Shown one piece after another: positions 19,473-30,583 of a DNA stretch of 58,277 nt. The notes under the pieces are model-generated. The model had not been told where the DNA came from, did no database searches, and saw only the letters and a list, made by a program, of their open reading frames with translations. The first letter of the stretch is position 1. Every line of letters begins with the position of its first letter. The DNA is from a virus (taxonomy: Duplodnaviria; Caudoviricetes), in the IMG/VR virus record IMGVR_UViG_3300028829_004880, positions 1 to 58,277 of that record, one strand, 5' to 3'. Made by a program: the position numbers and the translations under genes.

Positions 19473-19844
19473 TTATTTTATAATATCCCTAATTTGAAGA
19501 ACAGCTAGATACGCTTCATCCCTTTGTTTATAAAGCTTTATGAGATATTTATCAAACATTAATTTATCTTCAAAAACTTCATCAAATTTAGGTCTTAATT
19601 TCCTTAATTCTTCTGTTGAGTTGACAAGAATCTCTAAATGTTGCAATACCTTCTCAGTATTATACACCTTGTTATAGAAATCTACAACACCACTAACTTC
19701 ATCTAATTCATTTAATAGTTTTTTCTCTTCATCTCTCAACGCAGCAGCCTTTTCGTACTGTTGGTCCATGATGGTTTTGTTCTTTCTTTCTGGCATATCA
19801 TTGAGCTTGTCAATAAGTACCATAATCTCATTTTTTTTCTCCAT
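19473..19844 (-). CDS. UVR (UvrB/C) coiled-coil motif protein
   Basis: QQYEKAAALRDEEK, like the ClpC/McsA UVR motif. Confidence 0.65.
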   Translation of the reverse strand: MEKKNEIMVLIDKLNDMPERKNKTIMDQQYEKAAALRDEEKKLLNELDEVSGVVDFYNKVYNTEKVLQHLEILVNSTEELRKLRPKFDEVFEDKLMFDKYLIKLYKQRDEAYLAVLQIRDIIK

Positions 19845-19908
19845 TTCCTTATTTTTCTTATTTTTCTTAAGTATAACGATTTTAAGATATTAGTAAATAT
19901 TTATAGGT

Positions 19909-20691
19909 ATGAAGTTATTACGATTATATGAAAACATCATAAGGGAAGGTCAAGCTAAGAGTTGTGTTGCTAAATTCGGGGTAGAATTATTTGGTGACCA
20001 ATTAAATGGTAAAGAGGCTAACACTAGTACAGAAGAATTATACTTAAAGTATATTGAAAGATTCACTGAGGATAACTTCGGTGTTGGGCTTACTGCGAAT
20101 TTCGCTAAGTCAATTCAACACCTTAAATCTTGTATGTCATCATACCCAGAAGTATTAGTTCCTTCTAACACAACTGTTTACAGAGGTGAGGTAATACCTG
20201 TTTCGTGGTTTCTAAAGAATAAGGTTCAGTTCTCTAATACACCAGTTGGTTTTACATATGAAACACCAGCACCTATACAAAGTTGGACTGAGGACCGAAA
20301 AACAGCAGCTGGCTTTACCTTTGAAGCAACTGGTGATGGTTATTGGGAAGAAATGGGTAATGAATTTTTAGAATACATGGGTAGAGGTACTGATGGTGAG
20401 GATAAGTTTTTCACTGAGGTATTCTTAAAGAAATATTCAAATCTTAAGGTTCCAATTGTATTAGAACATTATGCAGATGAAAGTGAGTTTATATTCAAGG
20501 CTAAATACTTCGATGCATTGAGTAGCAACCCTGGTGAAATGGAGGTACTTAGATTAGGGAACGAACCATTATCCACAGACTTAACCGTATCATTTGATTC
20601 ATTGCCAAGATACGCTGGAAAAGCATTATTAATGATTAACCAAATAATTGAATTTGGTTTAGAAAGTGGAGAAGATTATGAGATTAGATAA
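19909..20691 (+). CDS. putative mono-ADP-ribosyltransferase (R-S-E type)
   Basis: VYRG, QSWT and EMEVL motifs in the expected order. Confidence 0.6.
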   Translation: MKLLRLYENIIREGQAKSCVAKFGVELFGDQLNGKEANTSTEELYLKYIERFTEDNFGVGLTANFAKSIQHLKSCMSSYPEVLVPSNTTVYRGEVIPVSWFLKNKVQFSNTPVGFTYETPAPIQSWTEDRKTAAGFTFEATGDGYWEEMGNEFLEYMGRGTDGEDKFFTEVFLKKYSNLKVPIVLEHYADESEFIFKAKYFDALSSNPGEMEVLRLGNEPLSTDLTVSFDSLPRYAGKALLMINQIIEFGLESGEDYEIR

Positions 20692-21322
20692 ATTATATGA
20701 AGGTGTTTTAAGTGAACAAGGTGCTGAGGCTTGCATAGCTAGATTTAGTGACCAATTACCAGATGATGCTAGTGGTGTCATTAGACCACAATTTATCAAG
20801 ATAATCAAGTCATTTAAGTCATGTATAGCTAACTATAGTGAGGTAATATATCCAGAAGCTAAAGCATATAGACCGCATCAAATGACGATGCAAGAATTGC
20901 TTAATCAATATGAAGATATTTCTGATGACCTTAAGGATGGTGGAGAATTTGACTTTACATTCAGAGTTTCATTTAAAATTCAAGGATGGTTTGCTGATAA
21001 GGGTACTGCTGAACACTTGGGAACAACATCACCATTTCTTATTTCAATAATCAACCAATATAATAATCTTAAAGAAGACCCTAGGGCACTTAGCTCTTTC
21101 ATACTTGATATTAGCTCACAATTAGGTGATGTTACAGTTCCAGTAACTGTCGAGTTGTTGACTAGTTCTGATGACTTCTTATTGAAGGGTGATATGCTCC
21201 CTAATCTAAAGCATAATGACCTTGTTAGAGTCAACAATCAACCAACTAGAGTAAAGGGATATATACTAGGGGATATATTTGAAGATATTTACGATATTCT
21301 AAGAGAACTTAAGAAAATATAG
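20678..21322 (+). CDS. degenerate paralog of upstream ART-like protein
   Basis: colinear similarity (A..C.A.F, KSC...Y.EV, YR, W, F..K) without the ExE motif; start moved to ATG 20678. Confidence 0.5.
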   Translation: MRLDKLYEGVLSEQGAEACIARFSDQLPDDASGVIRPQFIKIIKSFKSCIANYSEVIYPEAKAYRPHQMTMQELLNQYEDISDDLKDGGEFDFTFRVSFKIQGWFADKGTAEHLGTTSPFLISIINQYNNLKEDPRALSSFILDISSQLGDVTVPVTVELLTSSDDFLLKGDMLPNLKHNDLVRVNNQPTRVKGYILGDIFEDIYDILRELKKI

Positions 21323-21418
21323 TTTACTCTTTTTAAAAAAATCAGTATTCTTAAATCATGGGAAAAGTATACCTTGTAACTTTTTAAATTTCTATATATT
21401 TATAATAAAGAACATGTT

Positions 21419-21991
21419 ATGATTATATATAAAACAACAAATTTAATTAATAATAAATTTTATATCGGAAAAGATGCTAGAGATAATTCAAACTACTATG
21501 GTTCTGGTTTATTATTAAAAAGGTCCATTAAAAAGTATGGTAAGGAAAATTTCATAAAGGAAACACTTGAAGTTTGTTCAACCTATGATGAAATGGCTGA
21601 ACGTGAAATATATTGGATAAGAAAATTAGATGCAAGAAATCTAGATATTGGTTATAACTTAGCCGAGGGTGGTAAAGGTGGTTGTCTTGGTTGTAAATTT
21701 TCTGATGAACATAAAAGGAAAATAGGTGAGGCACTTAAAGGACATGTGGGGTCTAACCCTAGTCCAGAAGCTAGAAAAAAGATTAGTGAAGGTAATAAAG
21801 GTAAAATTGTTACTGAGGAACATAGAGATAAACTAAGAATCCCAATCAAACAATTAACCAAAGAAGGTGAATTGATAAAGATTTGGGGGAGTACAACAGA
21901 AATTTGGGAAGTTTACCCACATTGTAAAGTTTCTGAATGTGCAAGAGGAACTAGAAAAACCTCACATGGTTTTAAATGGGAATATGAATAA
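21419..21991 (+). CDS. GIY-YIG homing endonuclease with NUMOD3/NUMOD1 repeats
   Basis: IIYKTTNLINNKFYIGK, GYNL, KRKIGE..KG, GFKWEY. Confidence 0.88.
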   Translation: MIIYKTTNLINNKFYIGKDARDNSNYYGSGLLLKRSIKKYGKENFIKETLEVCSTYDEMAEREIYWIRKLDARNLDIGYNLAEGGKGGCLGCKFSDEHKRKIGEALKGHVGSNPSPEARKKISEGNKGKIVTEEHRDKLRIPIKQLTKEGELIKIWGSTTEIWEVYPHCKVSECARGTRKTSHGFKWEYE

Positions 21992-22301
21992 CGGTAAGGT
22001 ATATCTTGTAGGAAACTTGGATGAAAATCTATATAAGATTGGTTGGACTAGAGGCGACATTAATAATCGTGTCCTTCAACTCCAAACAGGAAATCCTAAG
22101 AAAATTGAAGCTGTTAATGAATTTGAATCCAAGCATTATGTTAAACTTGAAACATACATGCATAATAGACATGGTAGTAAAAGACAAGAAGGTGAATGGT
22201 TTGAATTAACACAAGAAGATGTCATGAACTTTACCAACGATTGTCAGAGAGGTCATGACACCATTCAAATGCTTGTAGAATCTGGAAATCCATTTATTTA
22301 G
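21984..22301 (+). CDS. GIY-YIG family protein (T5orf172/MUG113-like)
   Basis: VYLV..YKIGWT..R..LQTGNP..E..MH..GEWF. Confidence 0.8.
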   Translation: MNNGKVYLVGNLDENLYKIGWTRGDINNRVLQLQTGNPKKIEAVNEFESKHYVKLETYMHNRHGSKRQEGEWFELTQEDVMNFTNDCQRGHDTIQMLVESGNPFI

Positions 22302-23520
22302 AACCTTCCAACCAATCCAAAAATTTTGTCGCATAAAATCCTTTACGAATCTTAACCAATAACTCATTAACCAATTCTAGGTCAACCTTGTCTGGAAGAC
22401 TTGACTCATCAAAGATGGTATCCATCTTCTCAATTGACTCATCAGCCATTGTGATAAGTTGTTCTAGGTCAACTTCACCACGTCTAATCCCTAATAACTC
22501 CTTAGCATCTGGTCTACGTACAATAATACCCTTTCCAGACCCAATTTCTTGAGCCATTCTGATTAGCCTCATGCAGTGCATCATATTCTTACCATCAATT
22601 TGTTGACCATGAGTCTTCGTATCTACATACCTTTGAGTGTTTCGATTTTCTAACCACTCTTGGTATTCTTTATAGTCCTTACAATGTCTAGTATAACCAT
22701 CCTTATTGTAAGTGAAGATAGCAATTGGATTTAATGGATGACCTAATTGAGTTGTCTTAGGAACCGAAGAAAGTCTAAGTTGGTTTGATTCACCAGCATT
22801 ACTAGAACCACCAACCTTTGTAATACCCTTAAATCCGAATCCGAATGACCTACCCTTTTCTTTTAGATAAGCTTTTCTTTCATCCTTAGATTCTTTTGAT
22901 AGTTGAGGGTGGAAACATCTAGATGCTTCATCATCATAATACAGTGCATACATATCTCTAGCGTTAGGGATATTTACAACACCACAAAACTTTTGTCCAC
23001 GGTAGTCTAAAAATTCCTTCATAGGGATAGTCTTATGACCCTTGATAATATAACAGAAGTCAAGGATTTCTTTACGAGTAACCTTGTCCTTATCATTCTC
23101 CCAATTTTGTTTCTTATTAAGACCCTTCGCTTTCTTGATTTGCTGTCTAGCATATCCACCGAATGAGTTCTTACAACCCTTGGTGATAAATTCAGCCTTG
23201 TGTTCAAGGATGATATCAAATAATGGGTGCTTAGAGATAATACAGTCCTCTGGTGAGTTAAGTAACTCAAGAACCGTTGGATTGTCTGTTCCAAGTAGTT
23301 CAAGGAAACGTCTTATTTCCCATCCCGTATAATCAGCGTTCACATTAAGTTGTTCAATATAACCCGTACCAAGAATGTGTTCTTGTGGTAGGATAAATAC
23401 GAACTTCTTATCAATGTCTGACGTAGGTGTTTGCGTTCCATAGGCTTGTGAACCCACAACTGTTTCAAAGAGAATAAGTCCATTCTCCTTAAGATATTCA
23501 TATGTAATTCCTTTGTTCAT
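22294..23520 (-). CDS. RlaP/NrdC.11-like nucleotidyltransferase (Pol-beta superfamily)
   Basis: VGSQAYGTQTPTSDID, NPTVLELL, KNMMHCMRL motifs. Confidence 0.8.
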   Translation of the reverse strand: MNKGITYEYLKENGLILFETVVGSQAYGTQTPTSDIDKKFVFILPQEHILGTGYIEQLNVNADYTGWEIRRFLELLGTDNPTVLELLNSPEDCIISKHPLFDIILEHKAEFITKGCKNSFGGYARQQIKKAKGLNKKQNWENDKDKVTRKEILDFCYIIKGHKTIPMKEFLDYRGQKFCGVVNIPNARDMYALYYDDEASRCFHPQLSKESKDERKAYLKEKGRSFGFGFKGITKVGGSSNAGESNQLRLSSVPKTTQLGHPLNPIAIFTYNKDGYTRHCKDYKEYQEWLENRNTQRYVDTKTHGQQIDGKNMMHCMRLIRMAQEIGSGKGIIVRRPDAKELLGIRRGEVDLEQLITMADESIEKMDTIFDESSLPDKVDLELVNELLVKIRKGFYATKFLDWLEGSK

Positions 23521-23570
23521 AATCCTTATTTTTATAATTAATTATTCATAACAAATATACGAATAATATT

Positions 23571-24182
23571 TTACTTATACAAACCTTTCTTCAATAATTC
23601 GTGAACCATCTTAGATGTTGTCAAGTCCATTCTACCAGCCTTAGGTGCATGGTCCTCAATGTCTTCATTGGTTCTTCCATCAACAGCATAACCAATACTC
23701 ATATGAAGTCCATAGAACGGTCTTCCAAGACCTACCTCACTTCTTATCTTATGAAGCTCAGTTCTATCTTCCTCTGGCATTACAAGCCACCAATGGTTCC
23801 CATCACTTCTAACATCAGTTGATAGAGTTACTTGAATCTTAGTGTGGTGATACTTCTTCTTAAGTTGGTTCCACATGTGTTCTCTCTCTTCCCTAGTACC
23901 CTTACCACCATTCAAATCACCCTCTCTATCATTGATGAATGAGATGTGTGTTCCCCTAAGTGGTGGGTTAAGAATTATATTATATCTCTTCTTAAGAAAC
24001 CATGCATATAACCCCCAAGTATCTCCTTTGATTCTCTTATTAGGTGCTATCTCACCATCGATAACCACCATAGCAACTTTCTTCCAAGAACTTTGTTTCT
24101 TGTGCTTGGCTGTCCTATCTATTGGGTCAAAGACAAGTGTTCCCTCGAATGTTACTTCTTGTTTCATATCGTAAAGATACAA
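23571..24182 (-). CDS. 2H phosphoesterase family protein
   Basis: two HxS motifs (THISF, LHMSI). Confidence 0.6.
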   Translation of the reverse strand: MYLYDMKQEVTFEGTLVFDPIDRTAKHKKQSSWKKVAMVVIDGEIAPNKRIKGDTWGLYAWFLKKRYNIILNPPLRGTHISFINDREGDLNGGKGTREEREHMWNQLKKKYHHTKIQVTLSTDVRSDGNHWWLVMPEEDRTELHKIRSEVGLGRPFYGLHMSIGYAVDGRTNEDIEDHAPKAGRMDLTTSKMVHELLKKGLYK

Positions 24183-24199
24183 ATAATATTTTAATATTC

Positions 24200-24922
24200 C
24201 TAATTATTAGCTAATCTAAATGCTCGAAGGAATGTTCTAAGGAAGTCATTCTTCTCCCCACCAATCTTTTCAACCCACTTAGCTCTGTTCTTTATGTTTT
24301 CGACTTCCCACTTGTCCATTTCCTTATCGGATGGTTTATAACCTCTTCTATAGTCCTTCCATGGGTAAGGCATATCAACATAGTCTGGGTATAATTCTCT
24401 ATCAAATACTCTTTCATCCGCTAATAGGTTAACAGATGTCAATGCATTATTAAGGTCTGGCTCGTAGAACTCAGAAAATAGGATGTTATTCTCGATTAAT
24501 TGGTCTCTATACTTCTGCATAGAACCATACCACTTGCTAGTCTTATCATTGTTGGTTGTACCACCATTGTAAATGATGTATGTCTTGTACTCAGTAGCCC
24601 ATAGGTTGAAGATAGTTTCTGTTCTACCCATTCCTCTACAATTTTGTTGGTACTCATCCTTTCCGTGACCGAATTGGATACCAGCTTGAATTGGTGAGAT
24701 ATTGTAAGGTACAAGACCGTACATTCTGTACTCTAAGTACATTTCAGTCTTTCTTGGTGTTGAGTTAGGTTTTACACTCTTAACTGTTAACCAATCAAGG
24801 AAGTGTTCCTTTGTTACTCGTGTTGTATAATACCATTCTTCCTCACTGTTGAATAAGTCAAGTATTCTCATATTTGCATCCAAACACCATTGGTATGGTG
24901 TGCATTTATCCATTTCCATCAT
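24200..24922 (-). CDS. phage Pth2-like peptidyl-tRNA hydrolase-fold protein
   Basis: ISPIQAGIQFGH and FYEPDLNNALTSV motifs. Confidence 0.55.
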   Translation of the reverse strand: MMEMDKCTPYQWCLDANMRILDLFNSEEEWYYTTRVTKEHFLDWLTVKSVKPNSTPRKTEMYLEYRMYGLVPYNISPIQAGIQFGHGKDEYQQNCRGMGRTETIFNLWATEYKTYIIYNGGTTNNDKTSKWYGSMQKYRDQLIENNILFSEFYEPDLNNALTSVNLLADERVFDRELYPDYVDMPYPWKDYRRGYKPSDKEMDKWEVENIKNRAKWVEKIGGEKNDFLRTFLRAFRLANN

Positions 24923-25425
24923 TTCTTCATATTTTAAAATTTTCTATATCTAATTCTTGTTCTCCCTTTGTGAAGACCTCATAATAATCAACAGGTTCAT
25001 ATATTACCTCATGACGACCCATAAAGTTCTTGCCAGTACTCTCAATTGTTGGTTCTATGAGTTTTCTATTAGGTATATGAATAGGTTCCCAACCTTGGTT
25101 TGTCATAAGAACATGCTTTTCTGGTGTATCACTGAATGGGTACCTTATAGCATAGTAATGTTGCCAATTACCGTCTCTTGTACATACTGAGTTTCCAACA
25201 CATACCACAATGGCTATCTTTTCTTTATCATCAGTCTTTAATTTATCCTTATGACCATCTTTATCACCCAATAAAAGAAATGCGACACTACCAATACTAA
25301 TTGGAACGATGACTTGATTTACCTTAGCCATACCTCTAAATGTCTCAGCATGTTCACGAGCCATTGAGCGATTAATCGCATTAACAGATGACCTGTGTGC
25401 TATTTCATTAAATAATGCATCCATA

Positions 25426-26742
25426 TTATCCCATTTCTATCATGTAAGCAATCGTACATTGATTTCCATCATATACAATGAACTCATTGTTTCTAAGGTC
25501 AGCACCACCTTGTGCGAATACTGAATCATAACCCTCTTTGTTCATAACAGACTTTGAAAGACTATAACATGAAGAGTTATGGTGAAGGATTTCCTTCTGC
25601 TTTCCTAAGTGTACATCAAACAACGCTAAATACCCCTTATTAGACCCACCATTGGTCCAATGCGAACCTCTTAACGAAGAATACCCTAAAGACTTTTGAG
25701 CCTTGTCAGCGAAGTATATACCATCACCGAACATTGAACCAGTATGTATAGCACCAGAAGGTCTAATCATAAGACCAGTTTGGATAATATTAAACCAATT
25801 CTCATTACGACTACCATGCCAGTAAAGTCTTCGTTTCTTAACCTTAGCTTTCTTAAGGTTTTTATCGAAGGCTACTTGAGTCTTGTTATTCTTAACCTTG
25901 ATAATCTTCTTAGCTTGGTGAGCATTCTTACCTAACAACTTCTTAACAAGTGCAATGGCATCTGCATCAGTTTCTTCCTCAGCACTAAGACCCATTTGTT
26001 CAAGGATTGTAATATCATCAGTATCGATTGCATCATCAGCATCTGTTGTTGCTGTTGTATCCTTTTGTTGTTTAAGTAATTTTACTTGACCAGCCATCGT
26101 ATCAAGAGTATCTTGTTCACCAATTAACAATTCTTTGGCAATATCCAAATCACTCTTAGTTGCAGTTGCTGTAATAAGGTAATCACGAACATCCTTCATA
26201 TTTCTAGGGATGATTGTATATAACTCAATAAGTAAATTATTCACTAATTTGATATCAACACCCTTCTTAAGAACACCTAAAGCATTCGTAATAACTTCTT
26301 GGGCAGCATCAATTTGTGCCTCAGTTACAGCATCTTGACTTACCTTATAGTTTTTCTGAATCGACTTATTGGCGAATGCCATAAGGTCATCAAATAAATT
26401 TCTTGTTTTAGTACACTTGATGTCAGAAACCTTTGATGTACTAGTAGTCTTACTTGTACCATCAGAAGTAGTTTCGGTAATCATCTTAGTTACATCCTTA
26501 TATCCCTTTCTAGGGTTGGTCTTGCTATCATGAACCTTATCCCATTCGTGTGACTCTTTATATGCTGTCTTAAGTTCGTCAAGTTCCTTACCAACTCTAC
26601 CGTATAAGCATTTGATTCTACCATCACTTTGCTCATCCATATAATAAACCTTATTACTGTTACCAGTCTTACCGTTATCCACTGAAACGTGGATTAACTT
26701 TGCATACTTTAATCCGTTCTCTCTAATAATACCTCTTTCCAT
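25426..26742 (-). CDS. PARP-like ADP-ribosyltransferase (WGR + regulatory helical + catalytic)
   Basis: YGRVG, LYTIIP, WHGS, GSMFGDGIYFA, NNEFIVY (H-Y-E triad). Confidence 0.88.
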   Translation of the reverse strand: MERGIIRENGLKYAKLIHVSVDNGKTGNSNKVYYMDEQSDGRIKCLYGRVGKELDELKTAYKESHEWDKVHDSKTNPRKGYKDVTKMITETTSDGTSKTTSTSKVSDIKCTKTRNLFDDLMAFANKSIQKNYKVSQDAVTEAQIDAAQEVITNALGVLKKGVDIKLVNNLLIELYTIIPRNMKDVRDYLITATATKSDLDIAKELLIGEQDTLDTMAGQVKLLKQQKDTTATTDADDAIDTDDITILEQMGLSAEEETDADAIALVKKLLGKNAHQAKKIIKVKNNKTQVAFDKNLKKAKVKKRRLYWHGSRNENWFNIIQTGLMIRPSGAIHTGSMFGDGIYFADKAQKSLGYSSLRGSHWTNGGSNKGYLALFDVHLGKQKEILHHNSSCYSLSKSVMNKEGYDSVFAQGGADLRNNEFIVYDGNQCTIAYMIEMG

Positions 26743-27393
26743 ATCGTGTTTTAATTACCGTGACACAAATATAACCATAAGAAACCAAACTACCAAATTT
26801 TTTGGTAACTTTTTAAAAATTAAATTCATCCTCATCGGACCCACCCTTTATCTTTTCTAGGTATGGTAGACAATACCATGCTGGTCCCTCATTGTCAAAG
26901 TTTGTGTTGAATTCCAATCTACCGAATGGCTTTGCTTCGTTCTTCACATCTATTCTCTTTGTAACCTTTTCCTTAAGCATATTGGGTTGGTTCTCTTTAA
27001 TCCAAGCAATATAGTTAGGATTATTTTTACGTACCCATTCATAGGTCATACCTTGGTATTTTCCACTGCGGAACTTAAAGTCTGGTTTTGGTTCTACCAT
27101 TATCTAACGTCCATCCTAAATAACTTAGGGTTTTTTGTTATCCAATTGTAGAAATAATCTTGCATGTCTGGTGGTAACATATGCCCTTGCATATATACAA
27201 CATCACTTACTATGTGAAATTCTTCACCACCATTGAATGATAAACCTTGGTCTAATTCAACTGCGTTTTTCAAGATGTAAATTTTACTCTGAATCATAAT
27301 TTTTTGTTCTTAATTAATTATATTTTTATCTATTTATTTATATCACAAATATACGAAAAACCCTTGAAAAATCAAGGGTTTTAAGGTATTATT

Positions 27394-28455
27394 TTATAGT
27401 CCTACGTCTTTCATTTCCATCTCAAAGAACCACGTTCTAGCGACCTTTGAAATCTCTCCTTGAATTTCCTTAGGTTCGAATCCGTTACCCATAATGGTAT
27501 CCAATTCTTCCTTTACGATATCACCGACAATCCACTTAAGGAATGGTCCAAGGTTCTTTCTAGTCAAGTCAAGATTCTCCATTCTAAGTTGCTCAAGACC
27601 TTGCTCAAGTCTACCCTCAGTTACAAGGTTAGAAACCAACTCTTTCATGTTGTTGACTCTTTCGATATCAACTGGTGCAAGAGTCTTAGTTTTAGATGAC
27701 TGATGTTTCTCACCCTTCACCTTAAACCAATATCTAGATTTGTTCCACCCTTCGGTGATACATCTCCATACAATACCTTCCCCAACCCCAGAGTTACCAA
27801 ATGATTTACCAACTGGACATTCAGCTTCAATTACATTGGTTAATTCAACCAATTCATTTTGTGATTGTTCTGGATTGTTAAAGTCAATCTTAATCGTATG
27901 TGTTGGGTAATCTAAGATGTTGTAGATTTTATCCTCTGGAAGTTTGATTCTAGATAACTTATCATCATCCAACCATAGGTTATCAATCTTTATTGCAAAG
28001 ATAACAAACATCTTGTCAAGACCATTGAGTGCAACACCCTTTTGGATGTTACCACCACACCATTCACCATAAACTCTGATAACCTCTGGTGTATATCCCA
28101 TATCGTTACCCATTTCCTTTTCAATCTTATTAAGGATTGCTTCGGTGTTGCTAGTATGTGCAAATGCGGCAAATCCAGCATTATCCTTTGTTGGAGTGAT
28201 AATGTTCTTTCTAGATTGTGCATGCATATTATAATCATGCTTAAGCATATCCCATGTATATACAATAGCCGCATTGGTCCCATGTAACTTAACTGTACCC
28301 CTAAACTCAAGTGTTGGAACCTTCTTCGTTAAATCAAATGTTGGTTCACCATTTTCATCTTCACCAGTATAAGTGGCACGATGCTTTACTTGATGAATTA
28401 CCGTTCTAAATTGTTCAATACTAGGAAATTTGTACATTGTTTGTTCCATAATCAA
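27394..28455 (-). CDS. RNA ligase, Rnl2-like
   Basis: KLHGTN motif I, YGEWCG, GEGIVW, FKVKGEKH. Confidence 0.8.
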   Translation of the reverse strand: MIMEQTMYKFPSIEQFRTVIHQVKHRATYTGEDENGEPTFDLTKKVPTLEFRGTVKLHGTNAAIVYTWDMLKHDYNMHAQSRKNIITPTKDNAGFAAFAHTSNTEAILNKIEKEMGNDMGYTPEVIRVYGEWCGGNIQKGVALNGLDKMFVIFAIKIDNLWLDDDKLSRIKLPEDKIYNILDYPTHTIKIDFNNPEQSQNELVELTNVIEAECPVGKSFGNSGVGEGIVWRCITEGWNKSRYWFKVKGEKHQSSKTKTLAPVDIERVNNMKELVSNLVTEGRLEQGLEQLRMENLDLTRKNLGPFLKWIVGDIVKEELDTIMGNGFEPKEIQGEISKVARTWFFEMEMKDVGL

Positions 28456-28899
28456 TAATTTGTTTGCATTTCGTAAATAATTAATTTCGCTTCTTTATCA
28501 CCAACTCTATCCATTTTTAAAAATGGTCTATCAAATTGAAGGTCATGGTCATATTCATCTATGACATTAACATAAAAATCATTTTGACCCATGAGTATCG
28601 GTCTTCTTCGATTCTTAGCTAAGACACCCTTCTTTGTTAGAAATAGATTTTTACCTATTAATTTAGGTAATTTATCTTCAATGTTACTTATTTCCTCACT
28701 AAATTGAGTTCTTAATGCAATAAATAATTCTTCTGTTGGTGCGCCCTCGTGTGGGGTTATACCATCACCATCCGTTCTGTGGTTATTTATATAACGTTCC
28801 TCATTATAGGGGATATTATTAACCTCATTAACTAAAGCATCAATATCATAGGTGACTTCAACACCTTCTACTGTTATTGTCTTTTCCATTCTTTACGAA

Positions 28900-29265
28900 T
28901 TAAAATGGTAAATCATCATCAGTGTCCTCATTAGGAATATCCGTATTGGCTACCTTAGCCTTCGTTTTAACGTCTTTTGTGGCTACTTTACCATCTTTAC
29001 CCATAACACCAATTTTAATACCGTTAAGGTTCGTGTAATACTTACCGTTATACTCGTTTCCTCTAAGTGCGAATGCTACTGTTGCAACATCACCAACTTT
29101 GAATACATCAAGTAATTCAGAACTCTCTTTCAAGAATTCAAACTTAATGTCTTGTGGGTATTTATCATCGTTTGATGTTAATACAATTTCTCTTTTCTTA
29201 AACCCACTATCGTAAGTGATAGTGTCAAAAATCTCTTTGATTGTTCCTTCAAATGTGTAAATCAT
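28900..29265 (-). CDS. DUF3127 OB-fold ssDNA-binding-like protein
   Basis: KYPQ.I.FEF, LRG.EYNGKYY, acidic DDLPF tail. Confidence 0.75.
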   Translation of the reverse strand: MIYTFEGTIKEIFDTITYDSGFKKREIVLTSNDDKYPQDIKFEFLKESSELLDVFKVGDVATVAFALRGNEYNGKYYTNLNGIKIGVMGKDGKVATKDVKTKAKVANTDIPNEDTDDDLPF

Positions 29266-30583
29266 AATTTGTTTTATTTACTTCTTGTTATTTTGGATTA
29301 ATACACTAATTCTGGTATTAATTCCTTAGTTGTGTCATCATCGAATAACACTCGATATTTGACATAATAATTATATTGACCACCACCAATTAGAACATCA
29401 GATATAATCACTCTAGAAGAGTCACTCTTCAAGTAAACTATATCACCAACACCATAAGTAATGTCACTTTTAGCTTCATCTCTATGAACCATAGCTAATG
29501 TTAGGGTTTCATATGCAGATAATCTCTTATTTGCAATAGACAATGAATCTACCTTGTATTCGCAAGTTGTACTCAACTCTAACTCAGAGGTTAACTTATC
29601 TTGAAGTTCCACACGCTCTTTGTTAGCTCTAGTGTCAGATTGATACCTTAGGTACCCATCAGTACCAACCAATGTTAAAATAAGAATGATACCAACCAAA
29701 TTTATTATATTCTGTTTCATATTAACTAATAATTAAAATTAATAAACTAATTATTGATGAGAATAACAATGAAATAATCATATTCATAACTAATAATATT
29801 GTTACCCAAAGCCATGTAGTTTCAATGTAATTACTCATAAAGATTGCAACTCTAGTTATAACCCTTTTATTGTTGATTGCTGGGTGATTTGACATACCCA
29901 TAACTTTAGTAATATCCACCATCTGATTAAGTGTCTTTATTGCACTAATCAATGATTTAATCTTATCCCACTTTAACCAAAGATAAATTGCTTCAACTGC
30001 TGAGATTACTAAGAATGTTATTAAAAATATATATCCCATAATTATTTATTGTCTAATTTTATGTCTTTGATTACAGAACCCTTAGGTAAGTAAATATCAT
30101 ACTTCTGATTACCACGATTTCCATTAAGTGGAAACCAAAAACCATCATTATGATATGGTACCATATGTATCACAATCTTAGGTGTAGTAAGTGTATCTGT
30201 CTCATATATAGTAGCTATATCAGCACTAATTGAACGTCTAACAATACCACCATTATCAGTCTTTCGGTAATAGTTATAAACCATATTCTCTTCAATGTAT
30301 CCACAACCTAAAAAGAATGAAGCGTCAGTATCTGTACCATCACCCATTGAGACAATTTCATGGGTCACTGTTTCACTATACTCTGCTATTTGAAATGCAC
30401 TCCCAAATAGAAGTAACAGACCACTAAATATAAAACCGACTACAAACCCACAGAATAATCCACCAACTCGTCTACCTATTTTTAATAATAATGAATCATA
30501 GTAATCTTCATATTCACTAATAAACCCGAAGATAAAAATAAGTGAAAATAGTATAGAAAAAATAATAATAAATACTAACATAA

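Noticed and set aside
21322-21991. Group I intron around the GIY-YIG gene
   Set aside because: No interrupted host gene or intron core recognised; looks free-standing.
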